Below, piece after piece: positions 31,473-42,314 of a DNA stretch of 64,000 bases (positions are counted from its first letter, which is position 1; every line of letters starts with the position of its first letter). Origin of the DNA: an uncultured Alphaproteobacteria bacterium. GTDB lineage: Bacteria; Pseudomonadota; Alphaproteobacteria; RF32; CAG-239. Location: positions 211,736 through 275,735 of the forward strand of contig CALXTU010000002.1 of assembly GCA_944391495.1 (NCBI GenBank). The letters run 5' to 3'. The notes below the pieces were generated by a model. That model did not search any database. It was not told the origin of the DNA and saw only the letters and a program-made list of their open reading frames with translations. The position numbers and the translations under genes are program-made.

Positions 31473-31547
31473 ATTTTTCTCCTTACATTAAAAAATTTTT
31501 CTTGTGTTAATATATAAAAACCTGCGCGCTTTGCAAGCGCTTTTTAT

Positions 31548-33524
31548 CTATTTCAGCGCGTCTTTAACCGCATCGACAACCTCGTCGACCGTGATGCCGA
31601 AATACTGATACAAGTCGGCCGCCGGCGCCGAAGCCCCGAAGCCGTCCATGCCGATGATATCACCGTTCAGACCGACGTATTTTTCCCAGCCGAATTTTGA
31701 CGCCGCCTCAACCGCAATACGCGGTGCGGTACCCAGAATCTGCTCCTGATAGGCAATATCCTGCCGGTCAAACAACTCGGCGCAGGGCATGGAAACGACA
31801 ACCGTTTCAATCCCCTCTTCTTTTAAGCGCCGATGCGCCTCAACCGCCAGACCGACCTCGGAACCGGTGGCAATCAGGGTTGCCTGCCGTTTTTGCTCAT
31901 CACCGGCAATGATATACGCCCCGCGCGCCGACAGATTAAGTTTGGCTTCCCGGCGCAGCAGCGGCAAATTTTGGCGGCTCAAGGCCAAGATGCTCGGCAT
32001 ATTATCCGTTTCCAGCGCCAAAGCCCAGGCCTCAGCAGTTTCGACCACATCACAAGGGCGAAAGGTCTGAATCCCCGGCATGGCGCGGAAAGACGCCAGG
32101 TGTTCAACCGGCTGATGCGTCGGGCCGTCTTCACCGACGCCGATCGAATCGTGCGTCATGACATAAATCACATGAAGCCCCATCAGTGCCGCCAGACGCA
32201 TTGCCGGCCGCAGATAATCCGAAAAGACAAAAAACGTGCCGCCGAACGGCAACAGACCGCCGTGCAGCGCCATACCGTTCATGATTGCGCCCATGGCGTG
32301 CTCGCGGACGCCGTATTCGATATTGTTGCCGTTATAATCGCCGGCGGTAATTGTCTTGCTGGTTTTGGTCATTGTCATATTGGGGCCGGACAAATCGGCC
32401 GAACCGCCGATGAGCTGCGGGATATGCGGCATTACTGCCTCAAGGCACATTTGCGATGCCTTGCGGCTGGCAACCGAAATCTGCTCTTTAACCGCTTGTT
32501 GTTTCAGCGCGTTAAGCTCTTTGTCCCAGCCTTTGGGCAGACGGCCGGCCAAAACATCTAAAAACTCCTTGCCTTTAGCCCTGGCTCTGGCCTCCCATTC
32601 TTTATCCTGTCCGGCACAGCGTTTGCCGGCCTCGCGCCAGCTGCGTAAGATATCTTCCGGAACTTCAAAGGGCTCAGCCGTCCAGCCGAGATTTTTACGC
32701 ATGGCGGCAAGCTCTTCCGCACCGAGCGGCGAACCGTGGCATTGGGGAGAATTGCATTTGTTCGGCGCGCCGTAGCCGATGGTCGTTTTGCAGGCAATCA
32801 TGGTCGGGCGGTCGGACTTTTTGGCTTTTTGCAAAGCTTTGTCAACAGCGGCAAAATCGTGTCCGTCAACGGCAATCACATTCCAGCCGTTGGCCTTGAA
32901 ACGCGCTATCTGGTCGGTTGACGAGGCGATGTCGACAAAGCCGTCAATCGTGACGTTGTTGTTGTCCCACAAAGCAATCAGCTTATTGAGGCGCCAATGA
33001 CCGGCCAGGGCTATTGCCTCCTCGGAAATGCCTTCCATCAGGCAGCCGTCGCCCATAATGACATAAGTATAATGATTGCAGACATCGGCGCCGTATCTGG
33101 CGGCAATAATTTTCTCGGCCAGAGCCATGCCGACGGCGGACGAAATGCCCTGCCCCAGCGGGCCGGTGGTGACGTCTATACCGGCAAGGTGGCCGTATTC
33201 CGGGTGACCGGCGGTTTTGGCTCCGAGCTGGCGGAAGTTGCGCAGGTCGTCAATATCAATATCTTTGTAGCCCAGCAGATAAAACAGCGCATACAGCAGG
33301 CTTGAGGCATGACCGGCCGACAGCACAAAACGGTCGCGGTCAAACCAGCGCGGGTTCTGCGGGGTGATTTTCAGGTGTTTGGCAAACAAAACCGTGGCGG
33401 CATCGGCAATGCCCAAGGGCATTCCGGGGTGGCCGGATTTGGCTTTTTCAATCATTTCGGCGGCCAGAAAGCGGATAGCGTCGGCCATTTGTTTTTCTTG
33501 GTGATGCGATGAAGTAAAAAACAT
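31548..33524 (-). CDS. tkt: transketolase
   Basis: The product has the GHPG TPP motif and the transketolase C-terminal domain. The probable start is the internal Met at 33488. Confidence 0.9.
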   Translation of the reverse strand: MFFTSSHHQEKQMADAIRFLAAEMIEKAKSGHPGMPLGIADAATVLFAKHLKITPQNPRWFDRDRFVLSAGHASSLLYALFYLLGYKDIDIDDLRNFRQLGAKTAGHPEYGHLAGIDVTTGPLGQGISSAVGMALAEKIIAARYGADVCNHYTYVIMGDGCLMEGISEEAIALAGHWRLNKLIALWDNNNVTIDGFVDIASSTDQIARFKANGWNVIAVDGHDFAAVDKALQKAKKSDRPTMIACKTTIGYGAPNKCNSPQCHGSPLGAEELAAMRKNLGWTAEPFEVPEDILRSWREAGKRCAGQDKEWEARARAKGKEFLDVLAGRLPKGWDKELNALKQQAVKEQISVASRKASQMCLEAVMPHIPQLIGGSADLSGPNMTMTKTSKTITAGDYNGNNIEYGVREHAMGAIMNGMALHGGLLPFGGTFFVFSDYLRPAMRLAALMGLHVIYVMTHDSIGVGEDGPTHQPVEHLASFRAMPGIQTFRPCDVVETAEAWALALETDNMPSILALSRQNLPLLRREAKLNLSARGAYIIAGDEQKRQATLIATGSEVGLAVEAHRRLKEEGIETVVVSMPCAELFDRQDIAYQEQILGTAPRIAVEAASKFGWEKYVGLNGDIIGMDGFGASAPAADLYQYFGITVDEVVDAVKDALK

Positions 33525-33536
33525 CTTTTTCTCCTG

Positions 33537-34250
33537 TTAATCCTGACACGGGGATTTGAGCTGCCCCTTTTTGACAACAACGGGTTTGGCCTCGGCCTCG
33601 GAATAAACAACCTCTTCATCGGGACCGACTTCCAGATAAACCGTTTCTGTTTCCGGTTCGTTTTGCGCGGCCAGCTCCGCCGCCGACAAATAACGGTAAT
33701 CAATATCAAACATCTTGCCGGCCCTGGCCTTTTCCGCCTCGGTCAAAGACATTCCCAGCATGATGGCAAAACCTTCATACGGCGGCTCGGCTATGCGGGT
33801 GCGGGTTGTCCGGCCTTTGACCGTGCGTTCCTTTACCGAACGCGGAATATCAAGCGGCTGACTGAATTTGCGGATACCGAGATAGTCCTCGGCATTAATC
33901 GACGTTTTGACATAAAAATCCGCATCCAGCGACGTGACGGAGCTGTCTTCCAGCCGGCGCACCTTAAATATCGGCGTTATTTCGGCATAACGGCGGTTGT
34001 CGGCCGGATTGACGTAACAATAGCCTTCATAGCCGACCAAATTAACCTGAAATTCATCAAAACGGCCGTTATTCTGATAAAAACGGGCGGTTTCACGCGG
34101 GATAGAAATCGGCGGGCAGTTTCCTTCGGCAAAGCCGGTTTCGGCAGACGGCATCAGGGAACAGCCGCCGGCCGCGGTCAACAACAAACATATCAAAAAC
34201 TTTTTCATACAAACGCCCCTGCTGTTAACAAACAAAACTATAAATGACAT
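33537..34250 (-). CDS. hypothetical lipoprotein
   Basis: The product has the lipobox AAGGC, with a likely start at 34208. Confidence 0.45.
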   Translation of the reverse strand: MSFIVLFVNSRGVCMKKFLICLLLTAAGGCSLMPSAETGFAEGNCPPISIPRETARFYQNNGRFDEFQVNLVGYEGYCYVNPADNRRYAEITPIFKVRRLEDSSVTSLDADFYVKTSINAEDYLGIRKFSQPLDIPRSVKERTVKGRTTRTRIAEPPYEGFAIMLGMSLTEAEKARAGKMFDIDYRYLSAAELAAQNEPETETVYLEVGPDEEVVYSEAEAKPVVVKKGQLKSPCQD

Positions 34251-34253
34251 CTG

Positions 34254-35384
34254 TCATTTTGTAAAGAAGGCAACCAACTCGCTGTGATTAGAATAAACAA
34301 ACTGATCAACCATGGTTATCTCCCGCAGGATATATCCGCCGGAAAGCAGCGTTGCGGCATCATTGACAAACGTTGCCGGGTTGCAGGATACGGCCACGAC
34401 AACCGGCGGCTTGACGACGGCAGCGGCCAGCTCGCCACATTGGGCGGCCGCACCGGCACGCGGCGGATCAAAAACAACGGCAGAGAAATTTTCCAGCTCG
34501 GCAGCCGTCAGCGGGTATTTGAACAAATTCTGCCGTTTTATCGCAACGTTCGGTATCCGGTTGCGATTGACGGATTCCTGAAAACCGCGCAGCAATGCCG
34601 GCGACGAATCGGCCGCCGTTATGCTAACGCCCGGCAAATCCGCCAAAAGATAGGCAAAAGTACCAACCCCGCAAAACAAATCGGCAACCTGTCCCTTAAC
34701 ACCCTGCATATACTGCATGACAAGGTTTCCCAAAGTCTCCTGCCCGACGGCAGAGGGCTGCAGAAACGTGCCGGCCGGTATGATGACGTCGTAACGGCCG
34801 GCCTTGATGAACGGTTTGACTTTTTCAATGACGGTTTCGGCGTCGTCCATCATTTTGCGCCGATGTGACAGGCGGATAATACGGTCATCGGTCTGGCAGA
34901 TTTCGGAAATTATCAGACGGTGGTTCAGCTCAAGCGGCGCATCGTATTCCAGCACGATGTCGATACCGTTGGCAGCCTCGCAGACAAAGACATCTCCGCC
35001 GGTTATCGTAGCCGTAAAGACTTTTTTGCCTTTTTTCAGCATAAAAGGTTCGCGGCAAAGAGCTTCAAGCAAGCGTCTTACCAGGGGTAAAATGCCGTTG
35101 AGGGCGGGCGTCAACAACGGACAGGCTTCAATATCCGCTATCCTGTGCGATGCCGCCTCGTTAAAACCCAAAAGAAGTTTTTGCTGCCGGTATGCAAAAT
35201 TGAACACCGCCCGGCGACGTGTGCCGTCCGGGATAAATACCGGCGGATTTAACCGGAAGGAAATATCGCCAAGTGCTTTGAGCGCCGTTGCAAAATGCCT
35301 TTTTTTTAACTCCCGGTAGGCGTCTTCTTCCATATCCCGGTAACGGCAGCCGCCGCAGATTTCGGCCAACGGACAGGTGCTCAC
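34254..35384 (-). CDS. RNA (uracil-5-)-methyltransferase, TrmA/RlmD family
   Basis: An N-terminal Cys cluster (CPLAEICGGCRYRD) is followed by a class I SAM MTase fold with DLFCGVGTF and VVFDPPRAG. Confidence 0.65.
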   Translation of the reverse strand: MSTCPLAEICGGCRYRDMEEDAYRELKKRHFATALKALGDISFRLNPPVFIPDGTRRRAVFNFAYRQQKLLLGFNEAASHRIADIEACPLLTPALNGILPLVRRLLEALCREPFMLKKGKKVFTATITGGDVFVCEAANGIDIVLEYDAPLELNHRLIISEICQTDDRIIRLSHRRKMMDDAETVIEKVKPFIKAGRYDVIIPAGTFLQPSAVGQETLGNLVMQYMQGVKGQVADLFCGVGTFAYLLADLPGVSITAADSSPALLRGFQESVNRNRIPNVAIKRQNLFKYPLTAAELENFSAVVFDPPRAGAAAQCGELAAAVVKPPVVVAVSCNPATFVNDAATLLSGGYILREITMVDQFVYSNHSELVAFFTK

Positions 35385-35389
35385 CGCGC

Positions 35390-37093
35390 TTACTCCCCGG
35401 AGCCGGAGGCGATGTCTTTGGCATCAACACCGTCCAGAAGTGAGATTTCGGCCGTATTCTCCTTATCATAAATCGGATGAAGATTCTTTTTTTCGTCTTT
35501 GCTCATCTGCTCGCTCTGACTGAGAAAATTCTTCATATCATCACGGGTAAACACCTCAACCCGGTTGCGGCCGCCCTGCTTGGCCTTGTATAAAGCCTCA
35601 TCAGCGGTTTTGACCAGAGTGTCAACGTTGTCGGAAATCTCTGATGACGACACGCCGATTGACACCGTAAAACGCACCTCCTGATTGTCGTCGGAATAGA
35701 TGACGATTGAGGCAATGCTCTGCCGCAGCCGGTCAGCCACTTTATAAGCCTGAACCGAGTTGATTTCCGGCAGAAAGACCACAAACTCCTCACCGCCGTA
35801 ACGGGCGACGATATCTTTGTCACGCAGAGCCTTCTCGGCCTTTGCGGCCAGTTCAATCAGCACTTTATCGCCGGTTTTGTGACCGTAGGTGTCATTGACT
35901 TTTTTGAAGAAGTCGGCATCCAGCATCAATACACTGTACGGCTGGCCGGCGGCCTTGGCCTTGAGAATCTGTTTTTTAACCTCGTCTTCAAAATAGCGGC
36001 GGTTGTACAAGGCCGTCAGCGGATCACGAATCGCCTGGTTCTGCAACAGAACTTCTCTGTTTTTGCGCGAAGTGATATCCTGAAAAGCCGAATAAAGCGC
36101 CAAATCGTAATTATAATCAATAATGTTGGCCGAAGTCAGCAGCCAGAAAGGCGTGTCGGAAACAGGTGTTTTGATCAGCACCTCAAAATCCTGAACTTCT
36201 TTTTGCTCCTCAATCCGCTCCAGCAGCAGACGACGGTTATCCGAATCGGCAAAAAAATCTTTCAGATGGTAATGATCAAGCACTTTGGCATCAATGCCGA
36301 AGAGTTTGACCGCATTGTCATTGGCCAAAATAATCCGGTCATCACCAAGCCGCGAAATGATAATCGGGAAAGGTGACGATTTGATGATTTCTTCAATCCG
36401 CCGGTTGTATTTGGCAATATCCTGTTCGGACTTGTCCAGCTTGTTTTCCAGTATATTGCTTTTCATCAAAAGAAAACTTAAGCCGTATAATATGTAAGAC
36501 ATCGGCGTGGTGTACCACGGCGCATAGACCTGGAAAAATTTAAGTCCGACCAAAATCGTCAAAATAACCGTGATGCCAAAGGCCAGAACATAGCCGTCGG
36601 AATGATCGTCCGAAAAACGCGCCGCCAGACCGACAGACAAATAAAGAAACGCCACCAGCGGAAAAATCAGGCGCATACGATTGACCAGATCGCCGGCCGG
36701 CAATATAACCGTAAACAAAATAACGGCCACGCCGCCGAGCCCGCCGAGAATCCAGACCGGAAGCGATGACGAACCCCTGGACGAAACGGAAATAAACCTT
36801 GAGGCTGCCGATGACATAAAAATCATGGCAGCGAGAAAAAGCAGAAGCTCAAACATGACATAAGTTTCGACGGCGTTTCCCTGTTCAAACGCCGTAACCG
36901 CCAATTTTTCAACCCAGGTGCCGCAAAAGTCAAAGACAAAGGCCGTCAGCAAAAAACTTATCGGCGAAAACAAACGGTCTTCCTTGGCCGCAAGAATCCC
37001 CGCCACCAACAGGCAGCCCAAAGTAAACAGCGTTACAATCAACCCTCCCGGCTGCGAAAAAATTTCAAAATTGCCCATTTTTGCTCCTTGCAA
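35390..37093 (-). CDS. membrane-anchored PAS-GGDEF diguanylate cyclase
   Basis: Roughly 7 N-terminal TM segments precede a PAS-like region and a GGDEF domain with an intact RYGGEEF. Confidence 0.8.
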   Translation of the reverse strand: MQGAKMGNFEIFSQPGGLIVTLFTLGCLLVAGILAAKEDRLFSPISFLLTAFVFDFCGTWVEKLAVTAFEQGNAVETYVMFELLLFLAAMIFMSSAASRFISVSSRGSSSLPVWILGGLGGVAVILFTVILPAGDLVNRMRLIFPLVAFLYLSVGLAARFSDDHSDGYVLAFGITVILTILVGLKFFQVYAPWYTTPMSYILYGLSFLLMKSNILENKLDKSEQDIAKYNRRIEEIIKSSPFPIIISRLGDDRIILANDNAVKLFGIDAKVLDHYHLKDFFADSDNRRLLLERIEEQKEVQDFEVLIKTPVSDTPFWLLTSANIIDYNYDLALYSAFQDITSRKNREVLLQNQAIRDPLTALYNRRYFEDEVKKQILKAKAAGQPYSVLMLDADFFKKVNDTYGHKTGDKVLIELAAKAEKALRDKDIVARYGGEEFVVFLPEINSVQAYKVADRLRQSIASIVIYSDDNQEVRFTVSIGVSSSEISDNVDTLVKTADEALYKAKQGGRNRVEVFTRDDMKNFLSQSEQMSKDEKKNLHPIYDKENTAEISLLDGVDAKDIASGSGE

Positions 37094-37231
37094 TAATTAT
37101 TATTTGTTTTAACATTAGGGGGAATATTGTTAAAATATGATAAAATTTAGCAAAAAATTGATGAATATTTAAAATAATTACGCTAGCATATAAATACTTT
37201 GCCGCTGTCTGCAACTTTCAAGGAAAAGATC

Positions 37232-38401
37232 ATGCACAATATTGTTCCCTCTCATTTCAGCAACAAACTGGAGCTTAATTACAAAAAAAGAGATGCTTTT
37301 CTGACTGACCGGGCCGACCTGAAATTGCTGCTGCCGGGAATTGTGTTCGGTTTTCTGCTGTTTTTGCTGGGTGTATACGAGTGGAGTAATGCTTTTAAGG
37401 GCGGAACGGAAATTATTCCGGCGGACGAGGCAATTGTGTACCGCCCGGTTTTGGCCGTTTGGTTCTTTGACCTTTGCTTTGCTCTGGTCGGTATCGGTAT
37501 GGTCGTTACCAATATTCTGCTTTATATCCGCTATAACAAATATAAATTCATCGGCAAAAAAGTAACCATCATCAAACGTCCCATTCTGCACGACAAACTG
37601 ATTATGCAGGAAGAACTGAAAAACTACACCGGTGTGCGTTTCCGGGTTGAATTTCTGCAATCGGGCTTTCTGACACAAAACCGCTATATCATTGAATTGT
37701 ACCATCCCAATCCGGAAAAAATCGTTCCGCTCTATTTGTCAACATCGGCTAAAGGCGTGCGCAAAAAATGGAAAGAATATGCCCGTCAGTTCAAATTGCC
37801 GGCCATGATTGACACCGACAGCGGCCTGAAAAAAATTGAGCTCAAAAACCTTAACAAATCCGTCGGACAGCTTTATAAGCTCGGCATCATCAAGGACGAA
37901 TATGATCAATACGATCCGCTGCCGGATGCCATCAGTTTCGTGCGCAAAAAAGATAAAATGGTTCTCAAAGTGCGCAAAATTTTATGGGACGCATACAACC
38001 TTCTGGCCTGGCTGGCTATCTTTCTCATTGCGGCAATCGTACTGTTGGTGGCAACCAATCCGGATATCTTCCGGCAGGCTTTTGCCTCAACGATATACAG
38101 CATGATTATTGCCGGGATTCTGGTCATTTTTGTCGCCGTGCAGATTTTGTTCCGTAAAGAAAAACTGGTTATCAAAAAACACAAAATCGTCAACACGCAT
38201 AAATATATGCTGTTTTCGACAAAACATAACGAGATCATGAAAAAAGACATTGAGGCGATTGAGGTCAGCAAAAATCCCGCGACCGGACGGTTCTTTGTAT
38301 CAATTATTTCCGAGGACAATACCATTACTTTCGGTGCCAAAATGGCCATTAAAGATTTACAGTGGATAAAAAGGTTTTTAATCCACGAAATCGTCCGGTA
38401 G
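37232..38401 (+). CDS. hypothetical membrane protein
   Basis: The ORF has low GC, an aaggaaaag RBS and several TM segments. Confidence 0.45.
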   Translation: MHNIVPSHFSNKLELNYKKRDAFLTDRADLKLLLPGIVFGFLLFLLGVYEWSNAFKGGTEIIPADEAIVYRPVLAVWFFDLCFALVGIGMVVTNILLYIRYNKYKFIGKKVTIIKRPILHDKLIMQEELKNYTGVRFRVEFLQSGFLTQNRYIIELYHPNPEKIVPLYLSTSAKGVRKKWKEYARQFKLPAMIDTDSGLKKIELKNLNKSVGQLYKLGIIKDEYDQYDPLPDAISFVRKKDKMVLKVRKILWDAYNLLAWLAIFLIAAIVLLVATNPDIFRQAFASTIYSMIIAGILVIFVAVQILFRKEKLVIKKHKIVNTHKYMLFSTKHNEIMKKDIEAIEVSKNPATGRFFVSIISEDNTITFGAKMAIKDLQWIKRFLIHEIVR

Positions 38402-38474
38402 CAAAAATTTGTTTTGCCTAACCCGGATTTTCGGATATAACAACAACAGTATTAGCGGATAGATGGAGAATTTT

Positions 38475-39155
38475 ATGAAAAACAAATTGCAAAACAAAAT
38501 AGAGGAAGACGCTTTGCTGCGCGAGGTTGTGGAAGACGTTAAAAACGAACAACTGCAGCAAATCTGGAATAAATACGGCTTGTTCATCATTATCGGCATA
38601 GCCCTGATCCTGACCGCAACCGTCAGCTTTGAGAGCTTCAGAAACTGGCAGGCGCGCAAAAGTCAGGAGCTTTCCAACGCTTATTCCATAGCCTTGTCGC
38701 TGCAAAATCAGGGACGCTGGGACGAAAGTCTTGAAATTTACAATGCTTTGGCGGAAAAGGCCTCCGGTATTTATGCCGATATCGCCAAAATGCAAATTGC
38801 CAACGTTTATCTTGAACAGAATCGCAAAGATGATGCTGCTGTTGTTTTGCAGGCGCTGATAGATGACAAGGACGCTTTGCCGCAAATAAAAGAAATTGCC
38901 GCTCTGAAGCTGGCTTCTTACAAACTGGACAACAATGCACCGGCCGATGAAGTATCCGGTCTGCTCACCCCTTTGATTCAGGACAGCGAAAGCGCGGATA
39001 TTGCCCGTGAGCTGCTGGCTATGCTCTACATACGGGAAAAGAACATGGATCAGGCACAGGCCGAATATCAAAAAATCGCCTCATCGGCAACGGCTTCCGA
39101 CTCATTAAAAGCCCGGGCGCTGGATATGATTAATCTTTTGAGCGAAATCAATTAA
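38475..39155 (+). CDS. yfgM: YfgM-like TPR membrane protein
   Basis: One TM segment is followed by TPR-like helices. The gene lies in the conserved position upstream of bamB-der. Confidence 0.6.
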   Translation: MKNKLQNKIEEDALLREVVEDVKNEQLQQIWNKYGLFIIIGIALILTATVSFESFRNWQARKSQELSNAYSIALSLQNQGRWDESLEIYNALAEKASGIYADIAKMQIANVYLEQNRKDDAAVVLQALIDDKDALPQIKEIAALKLASYKLDNNAPADEVSGLLTPLIQDSESADIARELLAMLYIREKNMDQAQAEYQKIASSATASDSLKARALDMINLLSEIN

Positions 39156-39176
39156 CCTTAACAACAGGATATATTC

Positions 39177-40493
39177 ATGAAAAAAATTATCGGTGGTTGC
39201 CTTATGGCGACAATGTTGGGAGGCTGCGGTTTATTTGCCGACGAGCCTTTGAATATTGAAGGAGAAAGAGTCAGTGTTATCAGGGAAAACAAGAATCTGC
39301 AACCGGAATATGCCAGCGGACAGATTAAGATAAAACTGCCGCGCGCCGTATCTAATCCGGACTGGCAACAGACCGGCGTTTCTTCAACTCATCTGGCCGG
39401 ACACCTGAAAGCCGGCGGCAATCTTGATGAAATATGGAATGTTTCGTTCGGCGAAGGCTCTTCCAAACGCAATGTTTTGATTTCGCAGCCGGTTGTTGCC
39501 AATAATGTTGTTTTTACCGTCGATGCCGAGGGGCTGGTCAGCGCTTTTGATTTAAAAAACGGCGAAAATTTATGGGAAAGAGAACTTGAACCGGAAAACG
39601 AAGAGGCACGTGATGCCTCAATTTCGGGCGGCGGACTGGCGGTATATGCCGGTAAACTTTTTGTCACCACCGGGTTCGGAACGGTGTTTGCTTTAGATGT
39701 CAACAACGGCGAAACCTTGTGGCAGCAGGATTTGAAAGCGCCTATCCGCATTGCGCCGACAGTTAACGACGAACTGGTTATCATTCAGACTCTGGACAAC
39801 GGCATTTACGCCCTTAAAATCCAGGACGGCAGCCAGTTATGGAAAGATAAAATAGAGGCCGAAGGCACCACGATGATCGGCGGCGCCGCACCGGCATACA
39901 GTCCGGAAAAAGATCTGGTGGTTGCCGCTTTTTCCAACGGACAGTTGCAGGCTTACAAAGCCTCTACGGGAACGCCCTTATGGGCCGAGTGGCTGGCATC
40001 GGCCGCGAGCACCGAATCATTGTCGGATATTACGGCGGTGAAAGCCAGCCCGATTATTGACAATGATAGGGTGTTTGCCGTCGGCTATAATGCGCCGATG
40101 GCGGCTATTGATATCCGGACCGGTGTTAAATTGTGGCAAAAAGAAATCGCTGCGGCTTCTCTGCCCTGGGTTGCCGGAGATTTTGTCTTTGTGCTGACGA
40201 CGGACGGGGATCTGGTCGCACTGAACAAAAAAGACGGCAAAATCATCTGGACGACGATTATTCCTTATGCCGGCGGTGCGGAAGAGGTCGGAATTTTTAC
40301 TTCGGGTCCGGTTTTGGCCAACGATGCCCTGCTGGTTGTTGCAAGCAACGGCAAACTCTTTTCGGTTTCGCCTTATAACGGACGTATTCTCGGAGTAGCC
40401 GATATTGAAGAAGGAGTTGAAACGGCACCGGTTTTGGCTGACGGGACCCTGCTTTTGATGACCAAAGAGGCTGAAATAACGGCATATAAATAA
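39177..40493 (+). CDS. bamB: outer-membrane assembly lipoprotein BamB (PQQ beta-propeller)
   Basis: The product has the lipobox LGGCG and repeated PQQ-like blades (LWQ..., LWE...). Confidence 0.8.
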   Translation: MKKIIGGCLMATMLGGCGLFADEPLNIEGERVSVIRENKNLQPEYASGQIKIKLPRAVSNPDWQQTGVSSTHLAGHLKAGGNLDEIWNVSFGEGSSKRNVLISQPVVANNVVFTVDAEGLVSAFDLKNGENLWERELEPENEEARDASISGGGLAVYAGKLFVTTGFGTVFALDVNNGETLWQQDLKAPIRIAPTVNDELVIIQTLDNGIYALKIQDGSQLWKDKIEAEGTTMIGGAAPAYSPEKDLVVAAFSNGQLQAYKASTGTPLWAEWLASAASTESLSDITAVKASPIIDNDRVFAVGYNAPMAAIDIRTGVKLWQKEIAAASLPWVAGDFVFVLTTDGDLVALNKKDGKIIWTTIIPYAGGAEEVGIFTSGPVLANDALLVVASNGKLFSVSPYNGRILGVADIEEGVETAPVLADGTLLLMTKEAEITAYK

Positions 40494-40503
40494 GAGACGG
40501 ATA

Positions 40504-41856
40504 ATGGTATTGAAAATTGCGATTGTCGGACGGCCGAATGTCGGCAAGTCAACTTTATTCAACCGGCTGGCCGGCCGAAAAATGGCCATAGTTCATGACC
40601 GTCCCGGCGTGACGCGCGACCGCAAAATTACCGAAACCAAATTACAGGATCTGCCGCTTGTCATTATTGATACGGCGGGCTATGAATATTCGACCGAAGA
40701 TAATATCGAAAAGCGCATGTGGCTGCAAACAAAAAAAGCGGTTGACGAGGCTGATGCCGTTGTATTTATGTTTGATGCCCGCGACGGTGTACAGCCTTAT
40801 GATACGGAGCTGGCCAACCTGATCCGTCCGGCAGGAAAACCGGTGGTTCTTTTGGCCAATAAATGCGAGGGCAAACAGCAGGAAGACAGTATCTTTGAGG
40901 CCTACGGCCTCGGACTGGGACAGCCGATTGCTTTTTCGGCCGAGCATGGCCTGGGCATGACGGATTTATATGCCGCCCTGAAAGAAATTGCCGTCAAAAA
41001 GAATCCGGAAGAATCTGATGGTTCGGCCGATGAAACTGCCGGGCGGCCGATTCAACTGGCCATTGTCGGGCGGCCGAATGTCGGCAAGTCGACTTTGGTT
41101 AATGCGCTTTTGGGCGACGAACGGATGCTCACCGGCCCGGAGGCCGGCGTGACGAGGGACGCCGTCAGCAACAAATGGGAATATCTGGGACGCAAGATTA
41201 CGCTGGTTGATACGGCAGGTCTGCGCAAACATGCCAAAATTGAAGACAGTCTGGAACGGATGTCGGCCGCAGCGACCAAACACGCGGCTTTTATGGCGCA
41301 GGTTGTCGTGCTGGTGTTAGATGCCGACGGGATTTTAGACAAGCAGGATTTGACAATTGCTCGCCAGGTTTTGGACGAAGGCCGCGCTTTGGTGATTGCG
41401 CTCAACAAGTGGGATATTGCCGACCGCAAAGAGGCGCTGGACAAGCTTAACTACAAATTGCGCACCTCTCTGACTCAGGCCGAGGGGATTCCCACCGTTA
41501 CGATTTCGGCTTTGAAAAAAGAAAATCTGGATAAGCTGATGCAGGCGGTGTTTAAGGTTTATGACCGTTGGAACACACGAATTCCGACATCACCGCTGAA
41601 CCAGTGGTTCTCCGATATTATTGACAACAACCCGCCGCCGCTGGGCAAAAACAAGCGCCGGATTAAACTGCGCTATATTACTCAGGCCAAAACCCGGCCG
41701 CCGGCCTTTTATATCTTCTCAAGCAATCCCGAAGGTCTGCCGGATTCCTATTTGCGGTATCTGGTTAACAGCCTGCGCGAAACGTTTGATTTGGGCGGTA
41801 TTCCCATTCGGATTACGGTTCGTAAAACCGACAATCCCTATGCCGGAAAGAAATAG
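40504..41856 (+). CDS. der: ribosome-biogenesis GTPase Der (EngA)
   Basis: Two tandem GTPase domains are present (GRPNVGKST twice), followed by a KH-like C-terminus. Confidence 0.9.
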   Translation: MVLKIAIVGRPNVGKSTLFNRLAGRKMAIVHDRPGVTRDRKITETKLQDLPLVIIDTAGYEYSTEDNIEKRMWLQTKKAVDEADAVVFMFDARDGVQPYDTELANLIRPAGKPVVLLANKCEGKQQEDSIFEAYGLGLGQPIAFSAEHGLGMTDLYAALKEIAVKKNPEESDGSADETAGRPIQLAIVGRPNVGKSTLVNALLGDERMLTGPEAGVTRDAVSNKWEYLGRKITLVDTAGLRKHAKIEDSLERMSAAATKHAAFMAQVVVLVLDADGILDKQDLTIARQVLDEGRALVIALNKWDIADRKEALDKLNYKLRTSLTQAEGIPTVTISALKKENLDKLMQAVFKVYDRWNTRIPTSPLNQWFSDIIDNNPPPLGKNKRRIKLRYITQAKTRPPAFYIFSSNPEGLPDSYLRYLVNSLRETFDLGGIPIRITVRKTDNPYAGKK

Positions 41857-41885
41857 AGCTTTTGTATCTTACCGGAAATATTTAT

Positions 41886-42272
41886 TTAAGCCTTAAGCGC
41901 GGCCTCTTCCCAAGATTGCAGGCCGATTTCCGCCCAGTCCAGCGGGATTTTGTCAACGATATTGACATCAACGATATAGGCATCTTTGATATTTTCCAGA
42001 ACCGTTTCCACCACGACGACCTCTTTGGCTTTGCGCAGTTTGTCGCGCACCTGGGGATTGATATAGTCCAAAATTATTTTTTCGTTAGCCGAGCGGACAA
42101 ACACGGCGTGGTCAAAGCCGTCGTAGATTATTTTCGGCATCTGCGGCCGGTTGGACTTGGCTTTGATATAAATATACAAAGTACCTGAGGCATCTTCGGC
42201 AATATAATATTCTTTTTCCGTAATATATTCTGACATGGCTTTATCCCCCGGCCGGCGGCGTATTATGGTCAA
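41886..42272 (-). CDS. hypothetical 128-aa protein
   Basis: This is an intact ORF with no recognisable motif. Confidence 0.4.
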   Translation of the reverse strand: MTIIRRRPGDKAMSEYITEKEYYIAEDASGTLYIYIKAKSNRPQMPKIIYDGFDHAVFVRSANEKIILDYINPQVRDKLRKAKEVVVVETVLENIKDAYIVDVNIVDKIPLDWAEIGLQSWEEAALKA

Positions 42273-42314
42273 TATAGCACAATATTATCTCTTAAATACT
42301 TAAGTTTTAATTAA

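Noticed and set aside
31833-32561. A 242-aa plus-strand ORF inside tkt
   Set aside because: It is antisense to transketolase.
33663-34247. A 194-aa plus-strand ORF
   Set aside because: It is antisense to the lipoprotein gene at 33537-34250 and has no RBS or motif.
40017-40589. A 190-aa minus-strand ORF
   Set aside because: It is antisense to the bamB 3' end and the der 5' end.
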